64,000 nucleotides of DNA from Chrysomallon squamiferum (GCA_012295275.1 CM022672.1:26660001-26724000); one strand, 5' to 3'. Shown: positions 1 to 15,218, counted from the stretch's first letter. Program-made: numbers and translations. The notes: generated by a model not told the origin, from the letters alone.

Positions 1-818
1 TTTAATGCTGTTTATCAGAATGTGTAATTTTATGAAATGTGTCATGCCTTATACCAGCTGAGTTATGTGATAACAACAACAGAATGACTTGTAAATACTT
101 TTCTGTAATTAAAGTTTCACTTTCTGCCAGAATACTGCTAAGTCTATAAGCCTGAAATAAGGGGGTGGTAATTTAATCTGTTTATCATGCTTCTGTGGAA
201 TAATCAGATTTAGAGGATTAAGAATTAAGAAAAAAAGAAAGAATTTTGGCAGACATTTTTGTTGTGGCTCGGTTTTGGGTGACTTTGGCATGTAAAACTC
301 TTCAGAAATTCTGGTTTTGCTGTTAGTCAGCAATAACTGTGGAATATTAAGAACTCTATCCTACTTTTCTTTTCTTTTCTTTTTCTTTAATTTCTTTTAC
401 ATAGGTGAAATACACATTTTCTACATAGGCTTTCATACATGGAGTATTGTTTGGATATCTTTCTTTTTTTCATTCTTTCTTTCTTTCTTTCTTTCTTACT
501 TTAAACTATGGTGATTTTGTCTGGCACTGGCTGTACCTACCACTGTAATATAATCATAAATTTGGTAGATGTCATTAAATAAATTATATATCATTATTCT
601 AAGCAAAGGTTTTATGCAGCAGATGCAGTAGTGGTTATCATGTTCCTCATAACATTCCCTGTCAGTATTTAATAATGTCTACACATGAAATGTTGTTATT
701 AAATTGTCTTAACCATGTTTTACTCAGCATGTTAAAAAGTTTTCAAATACAGAGCTGTATGCCTCCATCCAAAATTAGCTTTTATTTCAGTTTATGTGCA
801 TATCTCACTTTCAATTAT

Positions 819-867
<49 letters not shown>

Positions 868-923
868 AAACACACACACACACACACACACATATGTATA
901 TAGATGTACATAGATACATACCA

Positions 924-955
<32 letters not shown>

Positions 956-1869
956 TCATATATCTATATATACACAGATACATGCTCTTAGATGTTTACA
1001 CACACATACACACGTGCACGCATATGATTAAAAGAGAACTTTAGCTGATAATCTGAAAAATCTATATATCAGCAGGTTTTGTTGTTATTTTACACACAGT
1101 AATAATAGGTTTGACATCCTGTGACCATTTCTGATAAAATATTCATTAACTGTGTTGTGCAGTCAGTAAAGTAAGAACTTACAGAATGATAAACACTTCA
1201 GAACATGTTTTTTATGTCTTCACAGCTGACTTAAATTTATCTCACACTTTTTGGTATTATAAAGTGACATTTTATACACTTCTCGTGTTACACCAGTCAG
1301 TATAGCTAGACATCACTGTTGACTGAACTGATTTTCAGGTGTTTTTCACAAATGTTAATACACAGAATGGGAAAAAAAGATATAGTGATAATGAAGTTTT
1401 GTTGTAGAGAAGACAGAATTTGTTACAGGGTGCAGAGAACACAGTGGTTAAATCTCTGTTCAGTTTCTCTGCTTATTGTTGCTTAAAAGAACCTAAAAAT
1501 CTTTAAATGATTATTTCCATAAAATAAGAGAGAGAGTGAGTGTATGCAAAGGAGAGTATTACCTAGGTATATGTATTACTTTATTTCAGTGATATTTTAG
1601 TGAATAGAAAAGGGATAACATTAATGGTAATAATTATAACAAAACATAAATTTTGTTTTACAGAAAAGACAATGGTTTGTCCTACTGTACAATTTAACCT
1701 TGAAATTCAGTTTACTTAAATCATTATTTTGAGAGATGAAGGAAGAGAGAAAGATTGACAGACAGACAAATTTACGAATAATTATGTATATACCTGTATG
1801 TATTATTTAAGTTTATTTCAGCAACGAATACATTTATTTACACAATGTGTTTGTCATTTTATTTTACAG

Positions 1870-4800
1870 GAGTTGTCAGGAAGAATTCTTGAAGAAAAGG
1901 AGAGACTGTCTCTGAATTCAAAGTCAAGAGAAACTTCAGTCAGTACTTCCAGAGTGGCATCACCATCTGTGGAAAAGAAAAGTAAGATTCCTGTTTTTAT
2001 TTCAAGTCTTTGATATTAACATAATTAGTAATGCTTGTTAATTGGCTCCATTTATTGGTTTATTTATTTATTTTAATTTGTTTTATTATTATTATTTTTT
2101 AAATTATTTATTTTTATTTTTACTGCACCAAATTGATCCAGGAACACTGCTGTGTTACTACAAATCAGATATATTGAAACATACTGAGCATGTACTGACT
2201 GATGCAGATGTTGATGAACTGTTCAGCATCAGCAACTCAGTTTATGTATTAGTATCAGTTTGATCTGAAACTTATCATATAATAATTTACTTTTTTCTGC
2301 ATGACAACATTTTTATCTTTATTTATGTTTTGACATTTTTAAATTAGCAGAAAGTTAATCATTTAAACTTTGAAAGGTTTTAAGACAAAGCTAAAAAAAA
2401 GTTCTGTTATTAGTTCCTTTAATTCTAAGAATAACCAGTAAAAAAAAAAAAAAAAACATTTAAGCAGGTTTTTTCTTCATTTAATGAAAAAGGCAAATGA
2501 CAGCCTTATTGAATTTCAGTTATGTGCTATTTTATTATGATTCTTTATTATTATGAAAGGATTGTTTGAAGAAATCAAAAAGGCAATCATGCAGATGTAT
2601 ATCAAAACATATTTTGCCTTATTCTGTGTATCATTAGTAACATCACAAACACATTTTTGACAAATGCAATACCAGGGGGACTGCCAGTACTTCTGTGCCT
2701 GTTAGGTACTGTAAACAATGAATAATTGATTATCTGGGTTTTTCAATCACCAGCAAATGAACACATATTCTCCCTTGACAATTTCTCTGTTGAATATGCA
2801 AACAAATGACAGATGACATTAACAATTTGTTTAAGTGAATGTTCTTGTACATCTTAATTATTTAGTCAGTGTATGTCTACCATGGATTAAACTAGGCCTG
2901 CAGACATTTTAATTATCTTAACAGTGTATGTATACATAGTTCCTTCACCTGTCTGTGTTGACTTGTAGTACAAAACCTTTGTTAGAAAGTAAACATTTTT
3001 CTCTCTTTCATTTCTGACCTATTTTAGTGTTTACATGGTTGTATGTGAATATATTTGTCTGTATATGTAATGTATGTATATATGTGTGTAATGTATGTAT
3101 GTATTTATGTGTGTAATGTATGTATGTGTTTATGTACATATGTATATAAATGTATGTAATACGTGTGTGTGTGTATATATAATGTATGTTATGTATGTAT
3201 ATATCAGTGTGTGCATGTGCATGTTACTGAGTGTAATGAGTGTAATGAGAAGGTCTTGTAACTGTTGACCAAACTCATTTTATCCCTTCCCAGTTTAATC
3301 TCCTGACACAACCCCAGAAAAAAATATTTTATCTTTTGGGACATTCAGTTTTATGTTTTAGCTGCTGTCTTTTTTTTTTTTTAGTTCTTTTTTTTTATTT
3401 TATGGGTTTTTTTTCCCCTATTCTGTTTATCAAAGACAGAAATATGTAAATGTTTTCTAATTAAAAATTTATTGAAGGTTTATATTTATAAATGAAAAAC
3501 AACACTATACATTCTCTGATTGTTTTGTTAGTGTATCCCATTCTAGCTAGTCCTCCCTTCTAAATATGACAGAAAAATGTGTGTCATCAATGATATAATT
3601 AATGAGTATGCTTTGGCTATTTTGTTAACAAGAATAAAACTCTTGAAAAAATTAGCTGATTTCCCAGTCCAACTAGTCCTCCATTCTGGTGTATAAATAA
3701 CCTGTATCAGAAACTGCTATCACTCTGGTAACAGCTCCCATTGTCTCTCCAGTGTGCTGAGAAAAACGAATAAATCAACCATTTTAACAAACCTAACAGT
3801 ACAGACTGACTAACATAACATATCATTTGTTTTTAGATCAATAGTTGTTGTCAAGTGTCTTTCATGTTAAATGCTGTCATTGGTGATATAAGAAACTTAA
3901 TATAAAACTTATTATAGATATGAGGTTAATGTTAGCTGAGATGTTTTTAAAAAATACAACCTTTCCATAAACAGGACACTGCACAATCATTGCCTTTTGA
4001 TATCAGAACTGGAGATTTTTGCTGAGTTGAATTAACACTTTTAAAGATTATTTTTATTATTGTGAAAAAATAATTTTGATATCCTACTTTACATCATGGA
4101 AATATTTGTTATTGCAAAAACAAAATATTAACTATGAAGTGTATAATTTAAAGTGGATCTGGAAATATTAGTATATTTACTGAGAATCAAACCCATGTAG
4201 TTATGTCAACCAAGTTTCATATTCTGATTTATGATCACGCACTGTAAAGAAGAAGAAAAATTAAAAGCCACAGATCTACTCCTTTATTGACTGTGTTAGG
4301 AAATAACTCTGTGTGTTTTTCTTTGTTGTTGAAATATGTGTGTTTAAGAAAGGAGACCCCACTCAAAGACTTGATTAACAACTGTCCATTTTATCTGCCT
4401 TCAAAGACTCGTAAACAGCGGCTGACTTACTTTTTCTTCTTGTACAGTTGGCTTTTGTTGTTGTTGTTGTTAAGAGGGTGGGGTACATTAAAATGATAGC
4501 TGTTGAAAACACCAAGCATAGGTTTCTTTATCTGTAGAATATTTATGTGCTCTCTGTAGCTAGTTTTATACTCATTATCTATCTATCTATTTATCTGTAT
4601 ATCTGAATAAGTCAGTATTTATTGGCATCCCAGTTCTAACTCAAAATAAATAATGTTTTAGAGTCTCTGTGTGTGTGTGTGTGTGTTTAGAAATTAATTT
4701 ACTAATCAGAAGGATTTTGTTTTGTTTGTTTTACTTCTTCTTTTTCATCTTTTTTTTTTCTTTTTTTTGTCCATTTATATAAATACACTTTTTTATTTAA

Positions 4801-6692
4801 TTATTGTATTTTTAGTGTTTAAAATTCTAAAAAGAATACTTTTTTTTAAGTTTATGTTATTTTTGTTTGGTTGTTGATGTTTTTATTTATTTATTTGTTT
4901 CTTATTTCCAACCAGAAGAGTTTTGTTAAGCTTCTGTCATAATTTAGTTTTTTCATTTTAAAATTTGTTTCACTAAGTGCAAGTGTTTTGTTACATTTAT
5001 GATAATTTGCCCTGTTGTTTGTTTCTGCTTTTATTTTACTAGCATGACTGTTTTTTACATTGGTTTATAGTTTATTAGGATGTAGTTGTAGTAGCAGTGT
5101 AGTATATAATGGTTTAAGTAGTAGCAGTAGTGGTACTTGTGGTAGTAATAATAGCAGTAGTAGAAATAAGTACTAATTATAACTAAAACAACAACAAAAA
5201 CAATAAGAACAAGAATAATGACAGCAAGAATAATAATAACTGCAATAGCAGTAACAACAATACAAATGATGATGATGATGATGATGATGATGATAATTAA
5301 AAATAAAAAATAATTTAAAACATGCACAGTTAACAGAAAACAGTTAACATTGCTAATTTAATTCTTCCAGATGAAAATTATCATAAATCTGTAAGAGTAG
5401 TAATTTATTTTAAAACTCCTGTTTGTGTCATGTTCTGTGATAGAATTTTAGACCGAGATCTGATTTACAGATTAAAGTAAAACAGAAACATAGCAGAAGA
5501 CATTTATTATGTTAATCTTCACCATTTGGATTGTGTGTGTGTGTGTGTGATGTATGTGTATCACATGCATGTGCATGTGTTTATGTATATTTGTGTATGT
5601 ATGTATGTTTGTCTGAATCTATATATGTATGTGTCTGTGGATCAAGAATTCACATTCAAATGCAACAACTAAATAATTCTAATTATTAAATATTATTTTT
5701 TAATCTTTAATAATAATAATAATAATAATATTACTATTATTATTATTATTATTATTATTATTCACTGTAATATCAGGAAAGCATAAAATATTCAGTTATT
5801 TAAATATTTCACACCTTATCGACCAGTTATTTCAACCGTTAACAAATTAAGTCTTTGTGTAATTACTTTCATGATATCAGCACACACATGGGACTGCCTG
5901 TATTCCATCTGTACCTTTGTCATTGTGGTTACAGCACGCTTATTGATCTTTCACATGCAACACTGTTTCCATTAGGAGTCACTACCTGGAACAGACCTGT
6001 TTCACTCTTTGTGTTACTGGCTGGCTGTAATATAATGTCACATAACAGTTTCTCCAGTTTCAATACAAATGTTGCTTCTCTGACTGAATTTCAGTTTTAT
6101 TATTGTTTGTTGAATACAAACAGAAACACATACACACACACACAAACATAAACATATATGCACACACATCATACTTAAGGAAAATAATACGTATTGTATT
6201 TGTTATCTAAATTTTGTTCAGAATATTGCTTATATTTATGAAGTTCAGTATAGTTACTGTTTGCTGAAATTATATATTGAGTGCCTTATACTAAAAACAA
6301 AATATGATACAAATAATTATATTTGAAATTTAAACTTTCAAAAATATTACTTATATGCATAATACCACAGTTCTGTATATTTACTATTTACTAAATGGGT
6401 AAATTCACTTATGTATTGATACACACTAATCACAATCTTGTCATTTATTTGCTTATATTAATTACAAGAAACATTATTTATTAAACCTTCATTTGTATAT
6501 GATCAAAAAAGCTTGATCATTTTGTGTGGTAGACTAATTACATGTAAATTACGATCATTGTTTAAGTACCCCAGAATCTGAAGTAGACAGCATCCTTATT
6601 AGACAATGTTTTGTTCAAAATAGGTTAACTGTAGCTGGACAAGACTTTGAAATGGTGCAGAAGTCCTGATTAGTTAAAGGTTGGTTTTTCAG

Positions 6693-6723
<31 letters not shown>

Positions 6724-7436
6724 AGAAAGAGGGACAAAGAGATTTATTTTCTGTATTTTCTGTATGATATACTTAGAAAAAAATAATCAGTAAATAACAG
6801 GTCATATTAAAACTCTGATATTTATTACTAGAACTGCAGTAACTTGTTGTTTGGTCAGTGTACATAAACTGTAGTTTTTTCTCTAGAAGAAAAACATTAT
6901 AAATAATATTAGTAGTAAAACAAATCATAAATAATATTATTAGTAAAACAAATTATAAATAATATTATTAGTAAAACAAATTATAAATATTTTTATTAGT
7001 AAAACAAATTATAAATAATATTATTAGTAAAACAAATTATAAATATTTTTGTTAGTAAAACAAGTCATAAACAGAATCTCCAATTTCCAAATTCTTGTAT
7101 TTGTTACTAGAAGTACAGCAGCTTGTAGTTTGTATCTGGTTCATGGTGTTTACTGAAGGGAAACTGTAAATAAACATTAGTAATCTCACGTTACAAAATA
7201 CTGACTTCATTTACAAAAGGTGAAGGAGATTTGTAAATGTTTTGTTTCTTTCTTGTTCATGGTGCTTGGTGCACATGAAAAGCCTTATTTTCAAATAATA
7301 ATTATAAAAACAATAATAATAATAACAATAACAACAACAACAATAACAATAACAACAATAATAATAATAATAATAACAGCAATACCAATAACATTTTTAT
7401 TATTCAAAAAAATTAAGAAGTAAAGAATATAAAGTG

Positions 7437-7483
<47 letters not shown>

Positions 7484-8155
7484 AAACATAACATGGAGAT
7501 TCACAGGTTTAAGCAGATTGCTCGCTAATGGAAGACTGTTATGTCACCAATGTGTTGGGTAACATTTAATGCTGATAATGCTTGTTAATTGCCAATCTAC
7601 GTTTTCCTGAAGGTTTGTGTGTGAGTGTGCCTGCCAGATTAAAGCAGTCAAATTAGAACTGGTTCAGACCAGTAACACTGTTGTTAGAATCAGTAACCAT
7701 GACAAAGATTATTTTCTTCCTTTCTTTCATTCTGTTTGTTTGATTACTTTTTTATAACTTTTTTCTAATATTTATACCCACATATATATGAACATGCATT
7801 TTTTGTTCCACACACATGCACACATACATAATATACCGACATTCATTATATAGATACATACAAATGCATATATTTACACACACAATCATATGCACATAAT
7901 CATATATATATGATTATGAACATATATATATATATATATGCATACATACATAATAATATATACTACATACATACATAATAATATATACATACATGCATAT
8001 ACATACATACATAATAATATATACATACATATATACATACATTCATACATACATACATACATAGATACATACATACACACAAACCACACACACATACACA
8101 CACATACTGTACAATCAACGTCATTTTATTGACAATATAATATTCTGATAGTTTA

Positions 8156-8213
<58 letters not shown>

Positions 8214-8412
8214 TTCAGAGCATGTACAGTTCAGAAAAGAAGAGAAACTCAGAGAAGTCAACAATGACCACAGTGAGGTGAATGGCTCTGTGGCAAGTGC
8301 ATCAGGTGTCCACCCTTTCCTTTCAGCACAGCCTGGTCCAAGGGAAGCAATCCTGGCCGAGGACAAGCCCAGCAAATCAAAATCTCCACTGAAGAATTCC
8401 AAGTCAGGATGA
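1870..8412 (+). CDS. 3' coding exons of an unidentified intron-containing gene (exons 1870-1981 and 8219-8412; upstream exons not recognised)
   Basis: ttttacAG|GAG..(ELSGRILEEKERLSLNSKSRETSVSTSRVASPSVEKK)..A|GTAAGA (phase 1) joins attttcAG|AG CAT GTA CAG.. (HVQFRKEEKLREVNNDHSEVNGS...KNSKSG*, TGA 8410-8412). Phases are compatible. Intermediate exons cannot be excluded. No family recognised. Confidence 0.55.
6893..7070. repeat. ~28-bp AT-rich minisatellite (TAGTAAAACAAATTATAAATAATATTAT), ~6 copies
   Basis: TAGTAAAACAAA recurs at ~28-bp period (e.g. 6941, 6969). Confidence 0.8.
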
Positions 8413-9145
8413 TAAAGGGAGAAATCCATGATTGACTTTTGTTACAGGACATAATTGTAATTAGTTGTTTGTTAGGGGAGATAAAAAAAAATTCTATAAA
8501 CTAAAAATATAGATTCTACAAACAGAAGAGATAACTCTGTTTGAATAAAAAGATGTCTGAACTGTTCATTTTACAAAGGGAGATAACTTTCTATAAACAA
8601 ACTATGTTGATAGAGGACCCCACAGATAACAGTTAAAAGGATAGACCAGTAGAAGGCAGAATGAAATGGAAATATCGTTATGCCTGAAATATATATTTGT
8701 GTACATGTTACAAAGCATGCCTTATGATTTAAATATGTTTAACTGTGTATGTATGCATGTGTGTGTGCATGTGTCTTTGTGCATAATCATTTGTTACAAA
8801 GATTTTCTTAATGTATAATATTTATTTTAATTTATTTTATATTATTTCATATGTTGATCCTAAACAACATTGAAATCAAATAACAAAACTGTTTTTTACT
8901 GTAATCATGTTTACATTTAGTTCATCTGAAAGCATTCCAATCAAAATTCAAAGCAAAGCAAAAACCCTAAGTTATTTTATTTGTAAACCATATTTTTATC
9001 AAACAACATAATTTTGTTTAAACATGCATGCATGCATGCACACCCACCCACACCCACATCTATATTTCAACAAACAGAATGAAAATAAATTCCACTCAAA
9101 ATAAAGAGAGATGTTTCAAAATCAGATGAAAATCACTTGACTATA

Positions 9146-9285
<140 letters not shown>

Positions 9286-11142
9286 TTACATATATTTTAA
9301 AGTTTTGTTATTTAAAGAGGAGTGGTAGTTATTTTACACTCATTTATGTGTGTATTCATTTCATTTTCTTATCGGGCATCTCATAATATTATTTGATATT
9401 GAACAAAAACTTTTAATAAAGAGCTTTACTATGATCATACATTACATGTGTCACATAACTTGTGTGATCTGACTGAATGATTGATATTGCATGTTTAATG
9501 ATATATATTATTATTTAACCATAAGTATTGAGACAGTGAGAGAGAGAGAAAGAAAATTATATGACATTTTTCCATTAGATATGACAGATATTACTCTGAT
9601 CATACATTTGTATATTGTATGACAGCTAAATGGTTATGATTTAACTATTTTACATTACATGTGTTGTATGACAGTTATATAACGATACACTGTGTGTCTT
9701 GTAAAATAACTGATCATAAATTCTGTGATGTTTGTTCACTGTGATATACTATTCTGTATAAATCCATATTATGTAAATGCCTGTTGTACATATTTCTCAG
9801 GGAATTTTAATCATTTTGTACAGACTTGAATTGTGGAGAAAAAAAAAATTCACAATAGATGTATTAGTTTGTTTTTACAGAAAATGTTACTGGGGTTTTG
9901 AGGGGGTTTTATTTTGCAACAAGCATCATGTAATATTTAAAAAAAAAAAATTATTAATATTTTTAATGAATTTTCTTGTCAGCAAATTCACCATTTTTGT
10001 TGTGCCCAAACAGAATAATTCTCAGATCATTTATGTTATTGTTTTAGTTCAGATATACCTCAGATTTAAAGACATATGTGCCTCTTTTTTTTGCTCTCTG
10101 TCCTAAATGAACATTGTTCTTAGTGTAAAAAAGTTCTTTGTCATTGATAAGTACACTTTAGTACACTGAAATGGCACAAAAGCTGGAACAGGAAAAATGC
10201 ATAATTTCCTATTCATAAGTTTCAGCTTATAAACAAAAATAATAGTAAATGATATCTCCAGTGGCATTTATTTTATTTTTTATTTTAATTTAATATATAT
10301 ATATTTTTTGTCAATGTTTTATTATTTTTTAATACTTTTCATGAAAAACTAGATAAAATGTTTTGTTTTTATCAATTTTTTTTTTGTATATATATATTTA
10401 TATATATCGTAATATGTATATTCTTTTTTCTCCAGCAAGAGATTTAGAATGGAGGAAACAAGCTTTAAGAATAAATTAATCAAACACGTAATGAATAAAT
10501 GAAAAACACCTTGCACTTACACTGGCAGAAAAGTATGAACTTAGTTTTAGCCATGGTGCCATTGTAAAATAAAGTCCAAAACGTCATAAGCTGACTGCAG
10601 TGTGTAATATAAAAGCAATTTCTGATTGTAATAATTTATAAAACAATTAATTCTTTAATTAACAAATGTATTATTATTGTCATGTTCAGACTTGTAAATG
10701 TTACTGGAATGATTTCATCATGTATAAATTTCTGCCCATTACCAGTTGTAATTGTACTTAATTATTCTTCTCAACATCATGATAACTTGTTAAATATTTA
10801 TCTACATTTTTGTATAAAGTGCTTCTATCTTGCTCGTCTTTTTGTTCATTTTATAACGTAGCATCTTAATACTGAATACAAACAGAAACGCACACACACA
10901 AACATAAACATAACACGTAACACATTCACATAAACATTAACTTAAATGCATGCATATAACATAGATGTAAACACACATACAAACATATGTACAAATGAAC
11001 ACACACACACATATATACATATGCACTTCAATACATACATACATACCTACACATACTTATATATATACCGACATACTTATAATACGTACAGACAGATATA
11101 TACATATGTGCAACAATATTTTAAATATGTTTTTATTTGTTT

Positions 11143-11400
11143 GTCTTGGTGGCCGAACGGTAACCGTCTGCCTTCGGAGTGCGGGCGAATGGGTACCATA
11201 CGTTCGAGTCTCGTCAGCGGCATCTGAAGGAGTTTGTGAGGTCGTGATTGAACTTTGTCCTCCTGCGCCAGTGTGTTCCCAAATATTGACTATGTACAGA
11301 GACTTTTCAGACGTACGTAAGACAGAGAATATTCAAATCCTAAACTACATACCTGCCTGTGTCCGCTTTCCAACAAAAAATAGATGCATGCAAAAATGAC
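11143..11400 (+). mobile_element. tRNA-derived SINE-like element, copy 1
   Basis: Pol III A-box-like TGGCCGAACGG (11150-11160) and B-box GTTCGAGTC (11202-11210) in a tRNA-like head, followed by a body that is repeated at 11443-11670. Confidence 0.6.
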
Positions 11401-11442
11401 GAAAGACAAAAGACAAAAGAACTGATGAGCATTTGTTAAGGT

Positions 11443-11670
11443 TGTCTAGATGGATGAATGATGGTGTTCAGAGTGCAGAAGTATAAGTTCGGGTCTTGTC
11501 AGCAGCATCTGTCATCATTTGTGAGGTCGCGCGTTCCTGTATACTGTCTATATGCAGAGTCTAATCAGATGTACACAAGACAGAGAATATTCAAATTGTA
11601 ATCAGACCTCATCAAAATTTGTCTGTGAGTCCATCCGCCAAAATTTCATTGTACCAATATTAAAAATGAC
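11443..11670 (+). mobile_element. tRNA-derived SINE-like element, degenerate copy 2
   Basis: Shares GTTCGRGTCTYGTCAGCRGCATCTG, TTTGTGAGGTCG and AAGACAGAGAATATTCAAAT with copy 1. The A-box is decayed. Confidence 0.5.
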
Positions 11671-11804
11671 TTAATCATTTTCATAATAATAAGTATGTTG
11701 TTGATAAACTTATTAAAGAAGTCATGATTAGATAATTGTGTGTTCTTAGTCAAGCATTAATAAATATCTTCTTTCAATTATTATGACCAATAACATCATC
11801 TTGA

Positions 11805-11952
11805 TACAGGATTTCAGACAAGAATTTATCTAGCACAGGATCCAAAAACAGTGTCCTTGAAATTTAGAATTTCTAATAAGATATCTATCTATTTATCTAT
11901 CTCTCTATCTCCCTCCCTCCCTCCCTCCCTACCTACCTACCTACCTACCTAC

Positions 11953-11984
<32 letters not shown>

Positions 11985-12385
11985 CTCTATGTCTCTATAC
12001 ATACATGGTTATATTCATCTCGGAGAGACGAAAGAACAGATGTTTGACAAGTTTGAAAAACAAGAAAAAGATGTGATGCAATGTAATCGTGCAAGGTTAT
12101 GTCTAAGTACAGCATTAAAATAAATGTGACATTTATTGGATCCATTAAATGGTAAATGAATGTACATTTGGTCTCTTGGTACATTTAGTTGCTTTTTTTT
12201 CTTTATCATTATCATCATCATCATTATTATTATTATTATTACATAGGCTCATTATAAAGTCCTTGTGCAATTTAAAATTTGTATGACATCATTGACGCAT
12301 GAAAGAATTCATCTGCGAAAAGAATGAAAGAAAATAATGTTTGGATTTTTAAATATTTTTATTGTAGAGATTCTTAATTTAAAAA
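11805..12385 (+). repeat. Paralog of the amine-oxidase upstream/promoter region with no gene behind it
   Basis: Aligns by eye with 14405-15065 (GGATTTCAGA..GTGTCCTTGAAA..GGATCCATTAAATGG..GAATTCATCTGCGAAAAGAAT). It lacks the ~55 bp carrying TATAAA and the AG|GTATGT donor. Confidence 0.75.
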
Positions 12386-12719
12386 TCTAACCTATTAAAA
12401 AAAACCGCGTAGTCGTAGCAGAAAAAACAAATATTAAAATTTTAAAATATAACAACATTTATAAATGGACCATATAGATAATGAGAAATTAAGCCAACAG
12501 ACACGTTTTCAGTTAGCAACAATGGATGGAATTTACTGTTCTCTGTTGCGTCATACGGTTATACGAAGACATGAAGATTCTGCTATAGTTAATTAGTCTG
12601 CTTCTTAGGAATACATTAGTGTAACTGATAGTTTATTTCAGATTAGAATAAATTAAGATAATTACATAGATTATAAAACTATAATTCATCACGGTGTTTA
12701 GAATCTTTGTTATTTAATC

Positions 12720-12819
<100 letters not shown>

Positions 12820-12852
12820 TTTTATATATATATATATATTATTATTATTATT

Positions 12853-14160
12853 ATAACAACCCTAGCAGTGATGGTTTGAATTTTTGTTTATTTTATTATT
12901 TGTATTTATTTATTTATTCATTCATTTATTTTGCTTCCATATAATTCTAAACCTATTTCCATCATTTTTCGTCACCGAGTTTGAAGATGCGTTTCACTAG
13001 ATAATATTACAGTATTATTTGAATTCCTAATAATAAACTTTACTGCGTCCATAGTTTTCCTAATTGTCCAGTTATTAATGTAAAATATAAATGTATGAAA
13101 GTCTGCAGAAAATGGAAAATAAATTTCCTGTCTTAATCGCTACGAACTGGGGAAGCAAAATGGCCGTGTCGTGCTGCATTCTGGAATAGCTTACACAAAA
13201 CCTGTGCCGTTGTGTTTTTCTGCTCAGTTATTTTTTGATTCCATTAAATAAAACTCAACAATAGTCAGTTCTACTAAAAGTTAATAAATAAATAAATAAA
13301 TAAATAAAAAAAAATACTACTAATAATTAATAAAATAGTATTGTTTTCACCGATCATACAAAGATGTTATCGACGTTATGTCTTCATAAATTTGCTCAGA
13401 TCACGTTAATTTACAAACAGAACTAATATGTACATGTTGTTGTTTTTTTCAATTTTTTATAGCATTTTACTTTACGCTGTTATAGATGGTGCTAAAGTTT
13501 CTTTAAATTTTCCACGAAAATGAATAAATCAGGTTTCTGTTAATTAAACTTTATTTAATGAAAATCAATTAAACGTTTAGTTTCTGAATAAAAAAAGAAT
13601 CCAAGAATAACACGTTCATAGGACCGGTGAAAACAACACCATTTTATTAATTATTATTATTATTATTTTTATTATTTATTTATTCATTTGTTTATTTATT
13701 TATGAGCTTTTAGTAGAACTGACTATTGTTGAGTTTTGCTTAATGGAATTACAAATATTTGAGAAGAACACAACGTCACAGGTTTTGTGTTAGCTATCCC
13801 AGAATGCAGGACGACACGGCCATTTTTCTTCCCCAGTTCGTAGCGATTAAGGCAGCAAATTCATTTACCAGTTTCTGTAGAATTTCATACATTTATATTT
13901 TACATTATAACTGGACAATTAGGAAAACTATACATATAATAAAGTTTATTATTCGTAATTCATAATAATATTGTAATATTATCTAATGAAATTTATCTTC
14001 ACTCTCGGTGAAGAAAAATGGTGGATATACGTTTAGTATTATATGGAACCAAAATAAATAAATAAATAAATAAAACAATAAAAATACTAAAAAAATATAT
14101 AAACAAAGTTATTTATTAATTAAAATAATACAATAAATAAATTCAAACTAGGGTTGTTAT
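12853..14160. repeat. Long imperfect inverted repeat (arms ~12853-13360 and ~13615-14160)
   Basis: For example CTTAATCGCTACGAACTGGGGAAG (13132) versus CTTCCCCAGTTCGTAGCGATTAAG (13828). The same sequence family recurs at ~25150-25880, ~31375-32095 and ~37510-38200. Confidence 0.85.
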
Positions 14161-14179
14161 GCTGCTGCTGCTGCTGATG

Positions 14180-14224
<45 letters not shown>

Positions 14225-14762
14225 TTCTTCTCCTGAGAAGAAACGTAAAACTTATGCCGGTTAATAATTTAACACTTTAATGTATATATTCATACATCAG
14301 CACATTCAAATAAATACAATTTTCTTTCCTTTATTTCTTCTTTAAAAAAAAAAGAAGAAAAAAAAAGAAGATAAAAATTAAAACATTTTAAAACACTCAA
14401 AATAAAGGATTTCAGAAAAGAATTTTTCTGGCACAGGATACAAAAACAGTGTCCTTGAAACTTAGAATTTCTAAAACGTATATTTATCTTGCTATCTATC
14501 TATTTATCTCTTTATCTATCCATCTATGTATGTATGTTTGTATGTATGTATGTATGTATGTATGTATGTATGTATGTATGTATGTATGTATAGTTATATT
14601 CAACTCGGAGAGATGAAACAACAGATGTTTGACAAGTCTGAAAAAAAAGATGTGATGCAATGTAATCGTGCAAGGTTATGTCTAAATACAGCATTAAAAT
14701 AAATGTGACATTTATTGGATCCATTAAATGGTATTTGAATGTACATTTGGTCTCTGGTTGCT

Positions 14763-14812
14763 TATAAATTTAGTGAATAGAATAAAACATAACTTAGATT
14801 TATCTAAAACAG
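14763..14812 (+). promoter_or_regulatory. Putative TATA box and short non-coding first exon of amine oxidase copy 1
   Basis: TATAAAT at 14763 and donor AAACAG|GTATGT at 14812/14813. Same arrangement before copy 2 (donor 26276) and copy 3 (donor 32466). The coding exon is preceded by an acceptor only 4 nt before its ATG. Confidence 0.5.
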
Positions 14813-14848
14813 GTATGTTGGCTTTTTCTTTCTCATTATTATTATTAC

Positions 14849-14902
<54 letters not shown>

Positions 14903-15218
14903 TATTATTATTATTATTATTATTACATAGGCTCATTATAAAGTCCTTGTGTAACTTAAAATTTGTATGACTTACGATTGACGCATGAAAGAATTCATCT
15001 GCGAAAAGAATAAAATGAAAATAATTTTCGGATTTTTAAATATTTTTATTTTAGAGATTCTTAATTTTCAACATGACCACTGTCATTAACTGAAAATCAG
15101 CTACAAAATGGTTCTTGAACTTCAGAATTGTATCATGATTTGTATCCATAATGTTGGTGGGTATACTGTCTTTTTCTTTCTCTGTTATAACTATTATTGT
15201 CGTTGTTGTTACAGAAAA

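Noticed and set aside
675-1031. His/Thr-, Ile-, Leu/Ser-, Glu/Arg- and Cys/Val-repeat ORFs here and throughout (e.g. 5055, 7220, 9137, 17430, 41242, 46879)
   Set aside because: These are translations of microsatellites.
11143-11222. Functional tRNA gene
   Set aside because: A and B boxes are present, but I cannot fold a convincing acceptor stem or cloverleaf, and the downstream body is duplicated as in a SINE.
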